Assembly (NCBI GenBank): GCA_964555135.1
Contig: CAZKRR010000001.1
Location: forward strand, 1,147 to 65,146
DNA length: 64,000 nt
Source of the DNA: an uncultured Nitrososphaeria archaeon
GTDB lineage: Archaea > Thermoproteota > Nitrososphaeria_A > Caldarchaeales > Wolframiiraptoraceae
Direction of reading: 5' to 3'
Shown: positions 29,232-39,232 of the stretch, piece after piece
Layout: each line of letters starts with the position of its first letter
Position numbering within the stretch: position 1 is the stretch's first letter
Notes under the pieces: generated by a model
Told to the model about the DNA's origin: nothing
Database searches by the model: none
Seen by the model: only the letters and a program-made list of their open reading frames with translations
Translations under genes and position numbers: made by a program

Positions 29232-29666
29232 TCAACTCCACTCTTTTTCCACCTGCCTAGTTTCTGGTTTACGCAGTCTTATAAGAATTATCAGTAAAAT
29301 AATAAATGTAGCAGCTATTAATGCTAGCATGATGGAGTATGTTTCAAATGGAAGATACTCATGTATAGTGATTGTAATTATTTCAGTAAATGTTGATGAC
29401 GTTGTCTTTACGATTGTTATGCTTTGAGTTCGAAGGATTGTAGAAAACTCAATAGTAGTCTGAGTTACGGTAACGTATTCTCTAACAGTCTTGGTAGATG
29501 TCTCAGTAACCGGTTCACCAGTGTATATGTAGACTGTCTCAGTAATAGTCTCTTCTAGGCTGTTCTTATTAATCTTTTGCGTAGAGTTAGCTGTCGCTCC
29601 CATAATCAAGAAGAATAACAATAGGTAGAGAATAATTGTGGATGCTTTAACTTTCAATATCTTCAT
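29232..29666 (-). CDS. small Thr/Val-rich membrane-anchored protein (signal peptide plus C-terminal TM)
   Basis: N-terminal hydrophobic IILYLLLFFLIMGATA, T/V-rich repetitive beta-like core, C-terminal TM IMLALIAATFIILLIILI. Start overlaps the upstream large gene by 20 nt. Confidence 0.4.
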   Translation of the reverse strand: MKILKVKASTIILYLLLFFLIMGATANSTQKINKNSLEETITETVYIYTGEPVTETSTKTVREYVTVTQTTIEFSTILRTQSITIVKTTSSTFTEIITITIHEYLPFETYSIMLALIAATFIILLIILIRLRKPETRQVEKEWS

Positions 29667-32022
29667 CGCCTCCCGTAGCTGCCTTCACTCTGATCCTCCA
29701 CATCTTATGGTAAATATATGCAATGTATGAGAGGATGATGATTGAGGTTAATTGGAAGAATTGAAGTATCGGGCTATCAATCGATGGTGTAAGAACCCAC
29801 ATTATCTCAACTACTCTGTCTCCATGAAGATCTTTTACCCCGATGGAATTCAACGCATGCCACCTAAATCCAAGCAAACCAAGGAATCCATCTGCAGGGT
29901 ATTCTTGAGGTTCAACCCTCCAAGTGACTTGAGCACCTTCTGGATATATCCCTCCACCTATGAATACCCCTCTATCCGTTCTTCCACTAAGCTGGAAGTA
30001 TCTAACTACTTTATACTCCATACGTATGGTTAATGGCTCCTCAACGTAAAATGATTTTAATCCAGGGGTAGTGTATTCTATATTACCAGCGTAGCTTTTC
30101 ATAAATAATACTGACATCATTTGGGTATCTATTTTCTCGGGAAAATAGCATGTTAAAGGTGTCCCCTCTAAAACCCATATCTCAGTTAAGTCTTCTCTTA
30201 CATTCCATTCATTTAATTCAGGTGGACCTATGCATGAAGGATACATCTCGTCCAGCAAGGGTATCGGGTATACTCTCACTAGGAAGTATCTATCTATGTA
30301 TATCTCAACGTTACCTGGAGAATTAACTTCCAGAATAATTGTTTCTCCATCTTTTACAAACTCATAGTTTAAGTCTGATTTGAAGGTTCTAAGCTCTATT
30401 TTCTCACCAATAGTTCTTGGAGATAGTAAGGTGCTTAGCTGTATTTTATACTGTGAGCCTATTGGTATCCATTCTTCTCTCAAAATTTTCTCGGTTTTGG
30501 AGTAGCTAACAAATATATTTATCCTTACTTCAACATCATAATATAATTCAATAAAGCCTGATTCACTAACAATTATACTGGCTGAATCATCATGTATTTC
30601 AAGTTTAAGATTTGACTCGAAACCAGCTGGAACAAATCTATAGTCATTTAAGGTGTATCTTCTATAGGGTATCTTAACTACTTCTCCACTCTCCACCCAA
30701 TATTCTCCCGAAGATTCATCTACACGGCTTAGAAGGTCTTGCAAAAAATATTCTTTGCTAGATAGAGTTAACGGAAGCTTTACCTTCGATACGACACTCA
30801 GTTTATTGTATTCTACGTACTTGTAAGTGATAGTATGGGGAGAATATATCTCTAGTATCCGAGTATCATTAACTATCTTCCCATCAATACTCATCCATGA
30901 CAATACATACTTTTTAGAACTAGATTGGAGTATTTTCGGAGCTGAAATCGGAAAGCTGCTTCCTCTCTTTACCCACTCGTCTTTTTCGAGTATTTTTAAG
31001 ATATCGTCACTGGGTTCTACTTTCATAGATATTAGATAGAAGGTAGAATAGCTGAACTGGATTTTTATTGTCCAGCCCGGCTCAACGTACATCTCTCTTA
31101 GATTATTTTCAGCTACATACTTCGTGTTATTTGATAGTATTACCTCATCTTCAACTACTACAAGAATTGTAGATGGTTGATAGATTAATAAGTCTACTAC
31201 ATATTCCTTGTTACTGGAGACTTTTCTCTCAATTATAGATCCTTGTGAGAGGATTAGTATCTGGACATTTACTTCAACATTAGAAGGTAGTCCATTAGCA
31301 ATTATTTTGAAAACTGTAGGTATAGTCGTTACCGTAACTCTACAAGCTTTCGAGTCTGAAATAATCCATGTACCATTGCTTGGATCAAAGTATTCGATCA
31401 TAGATGTTATCATAATATCTCTAGGCTCTGTTGGAGCGGTTATCTGCCTATAAACGGGTATAGACCCATTCCCATACAATTTGAATTCCACCATTGTTTC
31501 AACTTGATCATTTAAAAAGATCTTCACCCTTATCCGAGTCTCACTTTCTATAACATATTTAAAAGATAGGTCGAGTGGAATCTTCTCACCTATTACAATA
31601 GTTAATGGGCAAGTGTAGCTAGTAAAGTATAGCTTCGGAGGTGTGAACTCTGGCCTTACAGTTAACGTAATATTTTCTTCTTCTAGTAATGTTTTACCCA
31701 TCCAGAGACCTATTCTTATAATGTAATCTCCAATGGGAGCGTTATTGGATATCTTTATGGTTAGGTTAGAGAGGAAAGGTGTTTTTGCCTCTTGTATAGA
31801 GAATGAATAATTTATCCATTCAGGCTTTTCTAAGATAGTTAACTTAACACGTTGATTCTTGACTTCTTCACCTACGTATATTCTAACAATGCTTTCTCCT
31901 CCAGGTGTAATCTTAACTACTTCGGGTTCCACCCTAATCCACTTTACCGAGTAACCTATAGTAATGAGAGAGAATAGGATGAGTGAAGCCACAAATACAG
32001 AGAATATCAATCTTGCTCTCAT
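29647..32022 (-). CDS. large (791 aa) secreted, C-terminally membrane-anchored protein rich in N-glycosylation sequons
   Basis: Signal-peptide-like N-terminus MRARLIFSVFVASLILFSLITIGYS, C-terminal TM plus acidic tail, and many N-x-S/T sequons (NYS, NLT, NIT, NGS, NGT, NNT, NDT). Sits immediately downstream of aglB. Confidence 0.5.
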   Translation of the reverse strand: MRARLIFSVFVASLILFSLITIGYSVKWIRVEPEVVKITPGGESIVRIYVGEEVKNQRVKLTILEKPEWINYSFSIQEAKTPFLSNLTIKISNNAPIGDYIIRIGLWMGKTLLEEENITLTVRPEFTPPKLYFTSYTCPLTIVIGEKIPLDLSFKYVIESETRIRVKIFLNDQVETMVEFKLYGNGSIPVYRQITAPTEPRDIMITSMIEYFDPSNGTWIISDSKACRVTVTTIPTVFKIIANGLPSNVEVNVQILILSQGSIIERKVSSNKEYVVDLLIYQPSTILVVVEDEVILSNNTKYVAENNLREMYVEPGWTIKIQFSYSTFYLISMKVEPSDDILKILEKDEWVKRGSSFPISAPKILQSSSKKYVLSWMSIDGKIVNDTRILEIYSPHTITYKYVEYNKLSVVSKVKLPLTLSSKEYFLQDLLSRVDESSGEYWVESGEVVKIPYRRYTLNDYRFVPAGFESNLKLEIHDDSASIIVSESGFIELYYDVEVRINIFVSYSKTEKILREEWIPIGSQYKIQLSTLLSPRTIGEKIELRTFKSDLNYEFVKDGETIILEVNSPGNVEIYIDRYFLVRVYPIPLLDEMYPSCIGPPELNEWNVREDLTEIWVLEGTPLTCYFPEKIDTQMMSVLFMKSYAGNIEYTTPGLKSFYVEEPLTIRMEYKVVRYFQLSGRTDRGVFIGGGIYPEGAQVTWRVEPQEYPADGFLGLLGFRWHALNSIGVKDLHGDRVVEIMWVLTPSIDSPILQFFQLTSIIILSYIAYIYHKMWRIRVKAATGGDEDIES

Positions 32023-32690
32023 AATCCTGGTATTTTCCTCACTTCAGTATCTAAGGCTCGATGAAAGTCTATCTGAGTATAGGAGAAAACTTCAAGTATT
32101 TTCTCTACTAGTATTTTCTTAACACTGTCCATATCAATCTTTCTTCCCAGGATTTTCTCCATCGAAGTCATAACGTCTGGGTCTAAACCACATGGATTAA
32201 TCAACTTAAAGTATTCTAAGTTTGTGTTAACATTCAATGCAAACCCATGGTAGGTTACCCACCATTTCAAAGCCAACCCTATAGACGCTATCTTCATATT
32301 ACCAACCCATACCCCTGGATAACGTTCTATCCTACCAGCTTCTATACTGAATTCTTTAAGAGTTCTTATCAAAGCTTCTTCAATGCTCCAAACAAAATCT
32401 CTTATCGAATTATTAACTAAGTTTAAATCTACAATGAAGTATCCTACAAGTTGTCCAGGTCCATGATACGTTGCTTCCCCACCCCTCTCCACATGATAGA
32501 CTGGGACACCCTCGACTCCTAGTTTAAATTCCTTCATTCTTCTTCCAAGAGTAACAACATGGGGATGCTCAAGTATTAGAAGTGTATCTGGGATCTTCCC
32601 GTTTATTCTTTCTTCAACTAGTGATAATTGTAGATTATGAGCTTTTTCATACTCTATTAATCCAAGGTCTAGTACCCGCAGTGTTCTCAA
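32019..32690 (-). CDS. lipB: octanoyltransferase / lipoyl(octanoyl) transferase LipB
   Basis: LDLGLIEYEKAHNLQ N-terminus, EHPHVVTLGR and HGPGQLVGY motifs of LipB. Confidence 0.7.
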   Translation of the reverse strand: MRTLRVLDLGLIEYEKAHNLQLSLVEERINGKIPDTLLILEHPHVVTLGRRMKEFKLGVEGVPVYHVERGGEATYHGPGQLVGYFIVDLNLVNNSIRDFVWSIEEALIRTLKEFSIEAGRIERYPGVWVGNMKIASIGLALKWWVTYHGFALNVNTNLEYFKLINPCGLDPDVMTSMEKILGRKIDMDSVKKILVEKILEVFSYTQIDFHRALDTEVRKIPGL

Positions 32691-32692
32691 GT

Positions 32693-34087
32693 CTACTTCA
32701 CCAGCATATGGATTGGCTTAAAGATTACTGCTTCAGAGACTTCACTATATAGTTCACTATGTGTTGGATGTGGATGTATTGTATCAGCTATCTCCTCCAC
32801 TGTCAACCTATTCTTAACTACTAAAGCTGCTTCTCCAATAATCTCAGTAGCTCCACTCCCAACTATCTGGATACCCAGGACTATTCCTGATACTTCATCT
32901 GAGATAATCCTGATGAAGCCTTCAGTTTCTTCTTCTGCAATAGCTCTTCCAAGCGAAGAATATGGGAACCTTGTAACCTTAACCTTATAATTGCTTTTTT
33001 CTGCTTCATCCCTAGTTAATCCCACAGTCGCTATCTCAGGATCTGTAAATATTGCAGAAGGTACAGCCATAGGATCGAATATCTTCTTCTTACCACATAT
33101 ATTGTCTGCAGCAACTATACCTTGCTTAGAAGCTTTATGAGCCAAGAAGGGTGGTCCAGTTACGTCTCCTACAGCATACACATTCTCCAAGCTAGTCCTA
33201 CAATACTCGTTTATCTTTACAAACCCTTTATCATTCAATTCTATACCTACTTCATCTATTCCTAGATCTTTTACTGAAGGTCTCTTACCGACTGCAACGA
33301 GAGCATAGTCTACGGTATTTTCAATTGTTTCAGTAGGAGTCTCTATTGTAGCTTTTACTTTACCATTTCCAACTTCTGTAGATATTACGCGGGATGAAAG
33401 ATATATCTCTACACCAATCTGCTTCAACTTTCTCTCTATAAGTTTAGCGATATCTTTATCCATTCCAGGTAGTAGCTGATCCATTATCTCGACTATCGTC
33501 ACTCTACTGCCTATTTTTGCGTAGACTGTTCCTAACTCTAACCCAATTGCTCCTCCACCAACTACTAATAAGCTTGAAGGGATCTCAGATAACTCTAATG
33601 CTTCTCTAGCACCTATAATTCTTCTTCCATCGTATGGGATCGATCGTAAATATACAGGTAGAGCACCTGAAGCAATTACAATATTTTCCCCATAGACATC
33701 TTTAGAGAGACCGCTTTTCTCTTCTATCTTAATCTCTAAGTTATGTTTAATCTGCGCTTTTCCGTAGTATACTTTTACATTATATCCTTTTAAGAGAAAT
33801 TCAACCCCATCTCTAATCTTACTGACGAGTTTTCTCCTCTTATCCTGTAGTGCACCCCAATCAAATTCTCCATTCTTTAATAAACCTGACTTAGAAAGTT
33901 TATAGAATTTTTTAACATTCTCTATCAGTATCTTCGAAGGTATACATCCATAGTTCAAGCATTCTCCTCCCAAAGATTCTCTCTCAATCAATGCCGTTTT
34001 CTTACCATGTTGGGAAAGCCTTATCGCAGCAACATATCCTCCAGGCCCTCCGCCTATTACTACCGCATCAAACTTCTCAGAAGGCAT
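32693..34087 (-). CDS. lpd: dihydrolipoyl dehydrogenase
   Basis: FAD motif VVIGGGPGGYVAA, redox disulfide GGECLNYGCIPSK, NAD motif VVGGGAIGLE and a C-terminal HPHPTHSE interface domain. Confidence 0.8.
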   Translation of the reverse strand: MPSEKFDAVVIGGGPGGYVAAIRLSQHGKKTALIERESLGGECLNYGCIPSKILIENVKKFYKLSKSGLLKNGEFDWGALQDKRRKLVSKIRDGVEFLLKGYNVKVYYGKAQIKHNLEIKIEEKSGLSKDVYGENIVIASGALPVYLRSIPYDGRRIIGAREALELSEIPSSLLVVGGGAIGLELGTVYAKIGSRVTIVEIMDQLLPGMDKDIAKLIERKLKQIGVEIYLSSRVISTEVGNGKVKATIETPTETIENTVDYALVAVGKRPSVKDLGIDEVGIELNDKGFVKINEYCRTSLENVYAVGDVTGPPFLAHKASKQGIVAADNICGKKKIFDPMAVPSAIFTDPEIATVGLTRDEAEKSNYKVKVTRFPYSSLGRAIAEEETEGFIRIISDEVSGIVLGIQIVGSGATEIIGEAALVVKNRLTVEEIADTIHPHPTHSELYSEVSEAVIFKPIHMLVK

Positions 34088-34102
34088 ATTTTCAACCCCA
34101 CC

Positions 34103-34993
34103 CTACACATGTCTACCTATTAAAGTTCTCAGATAAAATTCTCCTGCGAGGTATGAGCTTCTCACAAGAGGGCCTGAGGCAACATATAAAAATCCCAAGG
34201 CTTCACCTCTTCTTTTAAGTTCTTCGAATATCTCAGGTGGAATATACTCTTTGACTGGGAGATGCCTCTTAGTAGGTCTAAGGTATTGTCCAAGTGTAAG
34301 AAAGTCTACTCCAATTCTCCTTAAATCGATCATTGACTGGATCACCTCCTCTACTGTTTCTCCTAAGCCAAGCATTATAGAAGATTTTGTGTATATTCTT
34401 GGGTTTAGTTCTTTTATGATCTTTAAAGTTTTTAGAGATTTCTTGTATCCAGCTCTAACATCTCTAACTAGTGGCGTAAGCCTCTCTACTGTCTCTATGT
34501 TGTGACCTATAACATCCGGCATTGAATCTACAATCGTTCTTAATGCTTTAACATTATTATTGAAGTCGGGGATAATCAATTCTATTAAAGTGTTTTTACT
34601 TCTCTTTCTTATCTCTCTTACAGTCTCAGCATATATTGATGCGCCACCATCCCTTAGGTCGTCCCTGGTTACCGAGGTTAGAACAACGTATCGTAACCCT
34701 AGTTCTTTGACTGCTTCAGCAACTCTCTTAGGCTCTTCTAAGTCTACTATACCTCCCGCTTTCCCAGACTTAACTGCACAGAATCTACATGACCTAGTAC
34801 ATGTATCTCCTAGTATCATTATCGTTGTATTGAGATGGCTCCAGCATTCAGAAATATTGGGGCATAAAGCCTCTTCACATACTGTATGTAGCCTATACTT
34901 TCTCATAATGGTGTTAACCATACTATATTCTTGGCTGGCTGGGAGCCTAACTCTAATCCAGCTTGGTTTACGTAGGTAATCCATCTCCGTCAT
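34103..34993 (-). CDS. lipA: lipoyl synthase LipA (radical SAM)
   Basis: Auxiliary cluster CEEALCPNISECW and radical-SAM CTRSCRFC motifs. Confidence 0.85.
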   Translation of the reverse strand: MTEMDYLRKPSWIRVRLPASQEYSMVNTIMRKYRLHTVCEEALCPNISECWSHLNTTIMILGDTCTRSCRFCAVKSGKAGGIVDLEEPKRVAEAVKELGLRYVVLTSVTRDDLRDGGASIYAETVREIRKRSKNTLIELIIPDFNNNVKALRTIVDSMPDVIGHNIETVERLTPLVRDVRAGYKKSLKTLKIIKELNPRIYTKSSIMLGLGETVEEVIQSMIDLRRIGVDFLTLGQYLRPTKRHLPVKEYIPPEIFEELKRRGEALGFLYVASGPLVRSSYLAGEFYLRTLIGRHV

Positions 34994-35094
34994 TGTAGAA
35001 CTCTTTACAATATAAAATATTTCTACAACTACTATTAATTCATGAATTTTTCTAGAGTCTTGGGATAGAGAATAGTTAAGAGCTGACTATACTA

Positions 35095-35108
35095 TTAATT
35101 ATATAAGG
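35095..35108 (+). promoter_or_regulatory. A/T-rich TATA-like element (TTAATTATATAAGG) upstream of the first OFOR operon, in the divergent lipA/porG intergenic region
   Basis: Read directly. Lies 12-25 nt upstream of the TTG start at 35120; the spacing is short for a leaderless start, so tentative. Confidence 0.2.
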
Positions 35109-35119
35109 TGTTTTAGTAT

Positions 35120-35677
35120 TTGATTGAGATTAGATGGCATGGAAGAGGTGGGCAGGGAGTAGTAACGGTTGGAGACATTCTTGCTCGGGCAATTATTCTA
35201 GAAGGAAAATATGCGCAACATTTCCCAGAATTTGGACCTGAGAGGTCTGGTGCACCTGTGAAAGCATTTACAAGAATAGCTGATGAACCTATAGAGATAC
35301 ATTCTGGTGTTTATAACCCTGATATAGTAGTGATCATTGACCAGGGCATGTCTCGAAATTTCAAGTTATATTCTGAAGGGTTAAAGGAGGATGGGATGTT
35401 ATTCTTGAATCTCGGAGATGACGTCTTAAGCATAGATAAGTCTACTCTACCTCTTGGAGTGAAGGTATATACTCTCAATGCCAAGAAGATTTCAGTGGAA
35501 GAAGCAGGCAGACCTATATTCAATGTCCCGATGCTGGGTGGTTTAGTTAGAGTATTAAGGATGCCTGGCTTAAATATTATTGAGGAAGTATTGAGTAAGA
35601 GATTTTCAGGAGAACTAGTTGAAGCGAATGTCAGAATTCTAAGGAGAGCATATAATGAGGTGAGGTTTATTGACTGA
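35120..35677 (+). CDS. 2-oxoacid:ferredoxin oxidoreductase, gamma subunit (cluster 1)
   Basis: IEIRWHGRGGQGVVT N-terminus is characteristic of POR/VOR gamma. TTG start. Confidence 0.75.
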   Translation: MIEIRWHGRGGQGVVTVGDILARAIILEGKYAQHFPEFGPERSGAPVKAFTRIADEPIEIHSGVYNPDIVVIIDQGMSRNFKLYSEGLKEDGMLFLNLGDDVLSIDKSTLPLGVKVYTLNAKKISVEEAGRPIFNVPMLGGLVRVLRMPGLNIIEEVLSKRFSGELVEANVRILRRAYNEVRFID

Positions 35678-35972
35678 GATAGATGTAAACAAGATAATTA
35701 AAGGTGAGTTTTCATGGAAGACTCTACCTCCAGCAGCAATGGTTAAGGTTCCTACATCCCTAGAATATAAGACTGGAGTTTGGAGAATTGAGAAACCCAT
35801 TATAGACCAGTCTAAATGTACAAAGTGTCTTCTCTGTTGGATATATTGTCCAGATATGGCTGTTAAAAGGATAGATGGTGGAAGTGTAGAGATAGATTAT
35901 GAATTCTGTAAAGGCTGTGGGATATGCGCTGAAGTCTGCCCGCCTAAAGCAATAAAGATGGTGGAGGAGTAA
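35670..35972 (+). CDS. 2-oxoacid:ferredoxin oxidoreductase, delta subunit (2x[4Fe-4S] ferredoxin)
   Basis: CTKCLLCWIYCPD and CKGCGICAEVCPP motifs. Confidence 0.75.
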   Translation: MTEIDVNKIIKGEFSWKTLPPAAMVKVPTSLEYKTGVWRIEKPIIDQSKCTKCLLCWIYCPDMAVKRIDGGSVEIDYEFCKGCGICAEVCPPKAIKMVEE

Positions 35973-35975
35973 GAT

Positions 35976-37169
35976 ATGAGTGAACTAAAACAGGTTAGAA
36001 AGATAGCTTTAACAGGCGATGAAGCAGTAGCATACGCTGCTAAACAAGCCGATGTTGATGTTATTGCAGCTTATCCAATAACGCCTCAGACAATAATAGT
36101 CGAGAGGCTAAGTAAATATGTCGCAGATGGTGAGTTAAACGCTGCCTTCATACAGGCTGAGAGTGAGCATTCAGCTATATCTATATGCCTCGGTGCTGCA
36201 CTTGCTGGAGCTAGAACTTTTACCTCAACTGCTAGTCAGGGGCTTGCATTGATGCATGAAGTACTACATATAGCTTCTTCTATGCGCGCACCCATAGTTA
36301 TGGCTATAGCTAATCGTGCGCTCAATTCTCCTCTAAACATACATTGCGACCATTCAGATGTAATGAATGCAAGAGATACTGGTTGGGTTCACTTATTCGC
36401 AAATAATGTTCAGCAAGCCTACGACCTTACATTAATGGCGTTTAAGATTGCTGAGGATCCTGAACTTCTTCTACCAGTCTCTGTAAACTTGGATGGATTC
36501 ATTTTAACACATAGTGTTGAACCTCTAGAAGTATTATCCGATGAAGATATACAACGGTACATCCCCCATATACCATACCCGTATAGAATAGATTTTGATA
36601 GACCACTAGCATATGGAGTGATGGCTCTACCAGATACATACATGGAATTTAGAAGACAATTATATGAAGTAATTGCCAAGGCTTATGAGGTATTTAGGGA
36701 TGCATCTGAATCTTTCTCAAATATCTCTGGAAGATTATACAACCTGATAACTCCATACTTTGTAGAAGATGCTGAGATCATAGTTGTAGCATTGGGGTCA
36801 ACCGTCGAGACTTTAAGATATATTGCTAGGAAATTTAGAGAAAGGAATGTCAAGATCGGTGTAGTTGGGTTAACCATGTATAGACCTTTCCCTGAGAAAG
36901 AAATTGCAAACACTTTGGCGAATGCTAAATGTGTGGCAGTAATGGATAGGGCATACTCATATGGAGGGGTTGGAGGGCCATTATATACAGATATACTCTC
37001 AACTCTATACAAAAATGGAATTAGAACGATGGTCGCAGACTTCGTCTACGGACTTGGTGGAAGAGACTTTAAGCTTATGGATGCTGAAGAGCTATTCAAT
37101 AAACTGGTCAAGTCGGTAGAGGTGGGCAGATTTGGCCAAGATATCTATTGGTGGGGGGTGAGAGAATAG
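35976..37169 (+). CDS. 2-oxoacid:ferredoxin oxidoreductase, alpha subunit
   Basis: GDEAVAYAAKQADVDVIAAYPITPQT N-terminus typical of POR alpha. Confidence 0.8.
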   Translation: MSELKQVRKIALTGDEAVAYAAKQADVDVIAAYPITPQTIIVERLSKYVADGELNAAFIQAESEHSAISICLGAALAGARTFTSTASQGLALMHEVLHIASSMRAPIVMAIANRALNSPLNIHCDHSDVMNARDTGWVHLFANNVQQAYDLTLMAFKIAEDPELLLPVSVNLDGFILTHSVEPLEVLSDEDIQRYIPHIPYPYRIDFDRPLAYGVMALPDTYMEFRRQLYEVIAKAYEVFRDASESFSNISGRLYNLITPYFVEDAEIIVVALGSTVETLRYIARKFRERNVKIGVVGLTMYRPFPEKEIANTLANAKCVAVMDRAYSYGGVGGPLYTDILSTLYKNGIRTMVADFVYGLGGRDFKLMDAEELFNKLVKSVEVGRFGQDIYWWGVRE

Positions 37170-37170
37170 T

Positions 37171-38118
37171 ATGGAGTCAGCCCAGAAATATTTTAGGACA
37201 ATAAGAGATGTACCTACTGAAGATTATTTTGCACCAGGTCATAGGCTATGTGCAGGATGCGGCCCTTCATTAGCTATGAAGCTTTCTATGAAAGCTATTA
37301 GGATGCCTACTTTAGTCGTTAATGCTACTGGATGCGTCGAGGTTTCAACATCTCTGTTTCCATATGTTAGCTGGAGGCTTCCATGGATTCACGTTGCATT
37401 TGAAAATACAGCTGCTGTTGCAAGTGGTATAAGTGAGGCCTTTAAAATACTAGAGAAGAAGGGACGTGGAAAGATGCATGACGTTATAGCTATAGCCGGG
37501 GATGGTGGAACATTCGATATAGGATTACAAGCACTTTCAGGAGCACTTGAAAGAAATCATAAAATGCTATACATATGCTATGATAACGAAGCCTACATGA
37601 ATACTGGGATACAGAGGTCTGGAGCAACACCTGTAGGTGCGGCGACAACGACTAGCCCGGCAGGTAAAGTAGTACCGGGAAAACAGGAGAGGAAGAAAGA
37701 CTTAATTGGTATAGTGGCGGCTCATAGAATACCTTATGCTGCAACCGCATCAATATCTCATCCACTCGATTTCATTAATAAGGTTAGGAAAGCCCTAGAA
37801 ATAGATGGGCCTACATTCATCCATGTCTTAACCCCCTGTACTCTGGGTTGGAGGTACCCATCATCTCAAACCATAAAGATAGCAAGATTAGCTGTTGAAA
37901 CAAGATACTTCCCAATAATCGAGGTAGAAAATGGTAGAGTTAGAATAAACATTAAAGTAACTAGACCTAAACCTCTTGAAGAATTCTTAGAGGCTCAAGG
38001 AAGATTCAGACACCTCTTTGAACCAGAAAATAAACACATTCTTGAGATACTTAAGCATCAGGTAGAAGAAAACTGGAATAGACTTTTAAAACTCGAGGAA
38101 ATAGGACTATACGCTTAA
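37171..38118 (+). CDS. 2-oxoacid:ferredoxin oxidoreductase, beta subunit (TPP-binding)
   Basis: CAGCG cysteine motif near the N-terminus, TPP motif GDGGTFDIG...YDNEAYMNTG, and cluster cysteines. Confidence 0.8.
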   Translation: MESAQKYFRTIRDVPTEDYFAPGHRLCAGCGPSLAMKLSMKAIRMPTLVVNATGCVEVSTSLFPYVSWRLPWIHVAFENTAAVASGISEAFKILEKKGRGKMHDVIAIAGDGGTFDIGLQALSGALERNHKMLYICYDNEAYMNTGIQRSGATPVGAATTTSPAGKVVPGKQERKKDLIGIVAAHRIPYAATASISHPLDFINKVRKALEIDGPTFIHVLTPCTLGWRYPSSQTIKIARLAVETRYFPIIEVENGRVRINIKVTRPKPLEEFLEAQGRFRHLFEPENKHILEILKHQVEENWNRLLKLEEIGLYA

Positions 38119-38154
38119 CCTCAATAATATTCACTTTTTCTTTAATCTAGGTAT

Positions 38155-39204
38155 CTAGACTATGTTTACTCCCGTAGCAGCCTGAATCCTATGTAGGATA
38201 GAACTGGTTAACTTGTCTTCTAACCTAGACCTTATAACGCTTAAAGATATGAGTATATCGTTTATCCTTTTGATTACTCTTTGAGGATAAGGTATAGACT
38301 TAAATTCTATGCATAGCTTCTCTAAGTCTCTAGATGTTAAGGACTTGTTGTAGAATGCGTAAAGGATTGCTGATAATTGATTCAAGCTAGACTTATAGCA
38401 TGTATCATGTGAAGAGTAATTGTATAGGCATTTATTACAATTAGATGCTAGTAATTCCCTCATAGGTCCTCTACTACTTATTCTTACATGTTTTGCAACT
38501 CTAACATAGTTTTCCTTCTTTAATCTTGATAATGCTTTATACAGTGTATTAATACTAACTCCTTCTCTAATAAATCTCGTAGAGAGTTCTTCCACTGTTA
38601 ATTCACCATGAACACACAGGTAGTCAATGATTTTCTGCAGTAAGACTGGAGGTATCCTTGACAATTGCTGGTCTAGTTTTGACAAGAGTAGTTCCAAGAG
38701 CCTACTGTATTCTTGCGTAGAATTGATGTTAACCTTGCTTAAGCATTTGTCTAACTCGATATTGAATTCTTTGAATAATGTTAATTTAAGAGATTCTGGG
38801 TCAGATGTTTTCAGAAGTGAATTTATGAGGGCCCACAGAAGATAGACTTCTTCATTCTTCCATGAAATTCTAATAATCCATAAAAACTTTGTTAACGCAT
38901 TAATCATAGACAATCTGTCAATAATGTATAAATCTTGACGTAACTTCCTCACATAATTCTTATACGATAGTTCTTCAAGTAAACGCATGCTCCTACTATT
39001 CTTTGCTACTATTATAAGGTCTTGTCCATCGGTTTTCTCAATAATACATAATGGCGGCAAGTTGACGAAGTTATCTTCTGTAAATTCGCTCGGTGTAAAT
39101 TGTGTCATTAGACTGAGTAATTCATCGGTAGACATGGTCTCAGGAAAATATTGGAAAAAGGCAAATATTAGATTTTCCTTAAATAAAGCCACAACCACAT
39201 ACAT
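38155..39204 (-). CDS. hypothetical protein with a C-terminal winged-HTH-like segment; possible regulator between the two OFOR clusters
   Basis: C-terminal region YLCVHGELTVEELSTRFIREGVSINTLYKALSRLKKENYV resembles a wHTH recognition unit. The rest has no recognised motif. Confidence 0.35.
   Translation of the reverse strand: MYVVVALFKENLIFAFFQYFPETMSTDELLSLMTQFTPSEFTEDNFVNLPPLCIIEKTDGQDLIIVAKNSRSMRLLEELSYKNYVRKLRQDLYIIDRLSMINALTKFLWIIRISWKNEEVYLLWALINSLLKTSDPESLKLTLFKEFNIELDKCLSKVNINSTQEYSRLLELLLSKLDQQLSRIPPVLLQKIIDYLCVHGELTVEELSTRFIREGVSINTLYKALSRLKKENYVRVAKHVRISSRGPMRELLASNCNKCLYNYSSHDTCYKSSLNQLSAILYAFYNKSLTSRDLEKLCIEFKSIPYPQRVIKRINDILISLSVIRSRLEDKLTSSILHRIQAATGVNIV
39178..39190 (+). promoter_or_regulatory. 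TATA-like element (CTTAAATAAAG) about 45 nt upstream of the second OFOR operon start
   Basis: Read directly. A G-rich GGGGG stretch lies 8 nt before the ATG at 39233. Confidence 0.2.
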
Positions 39205-39232
39205 GCCGTAAGTACTTGGCTGGGGGTTCTAG

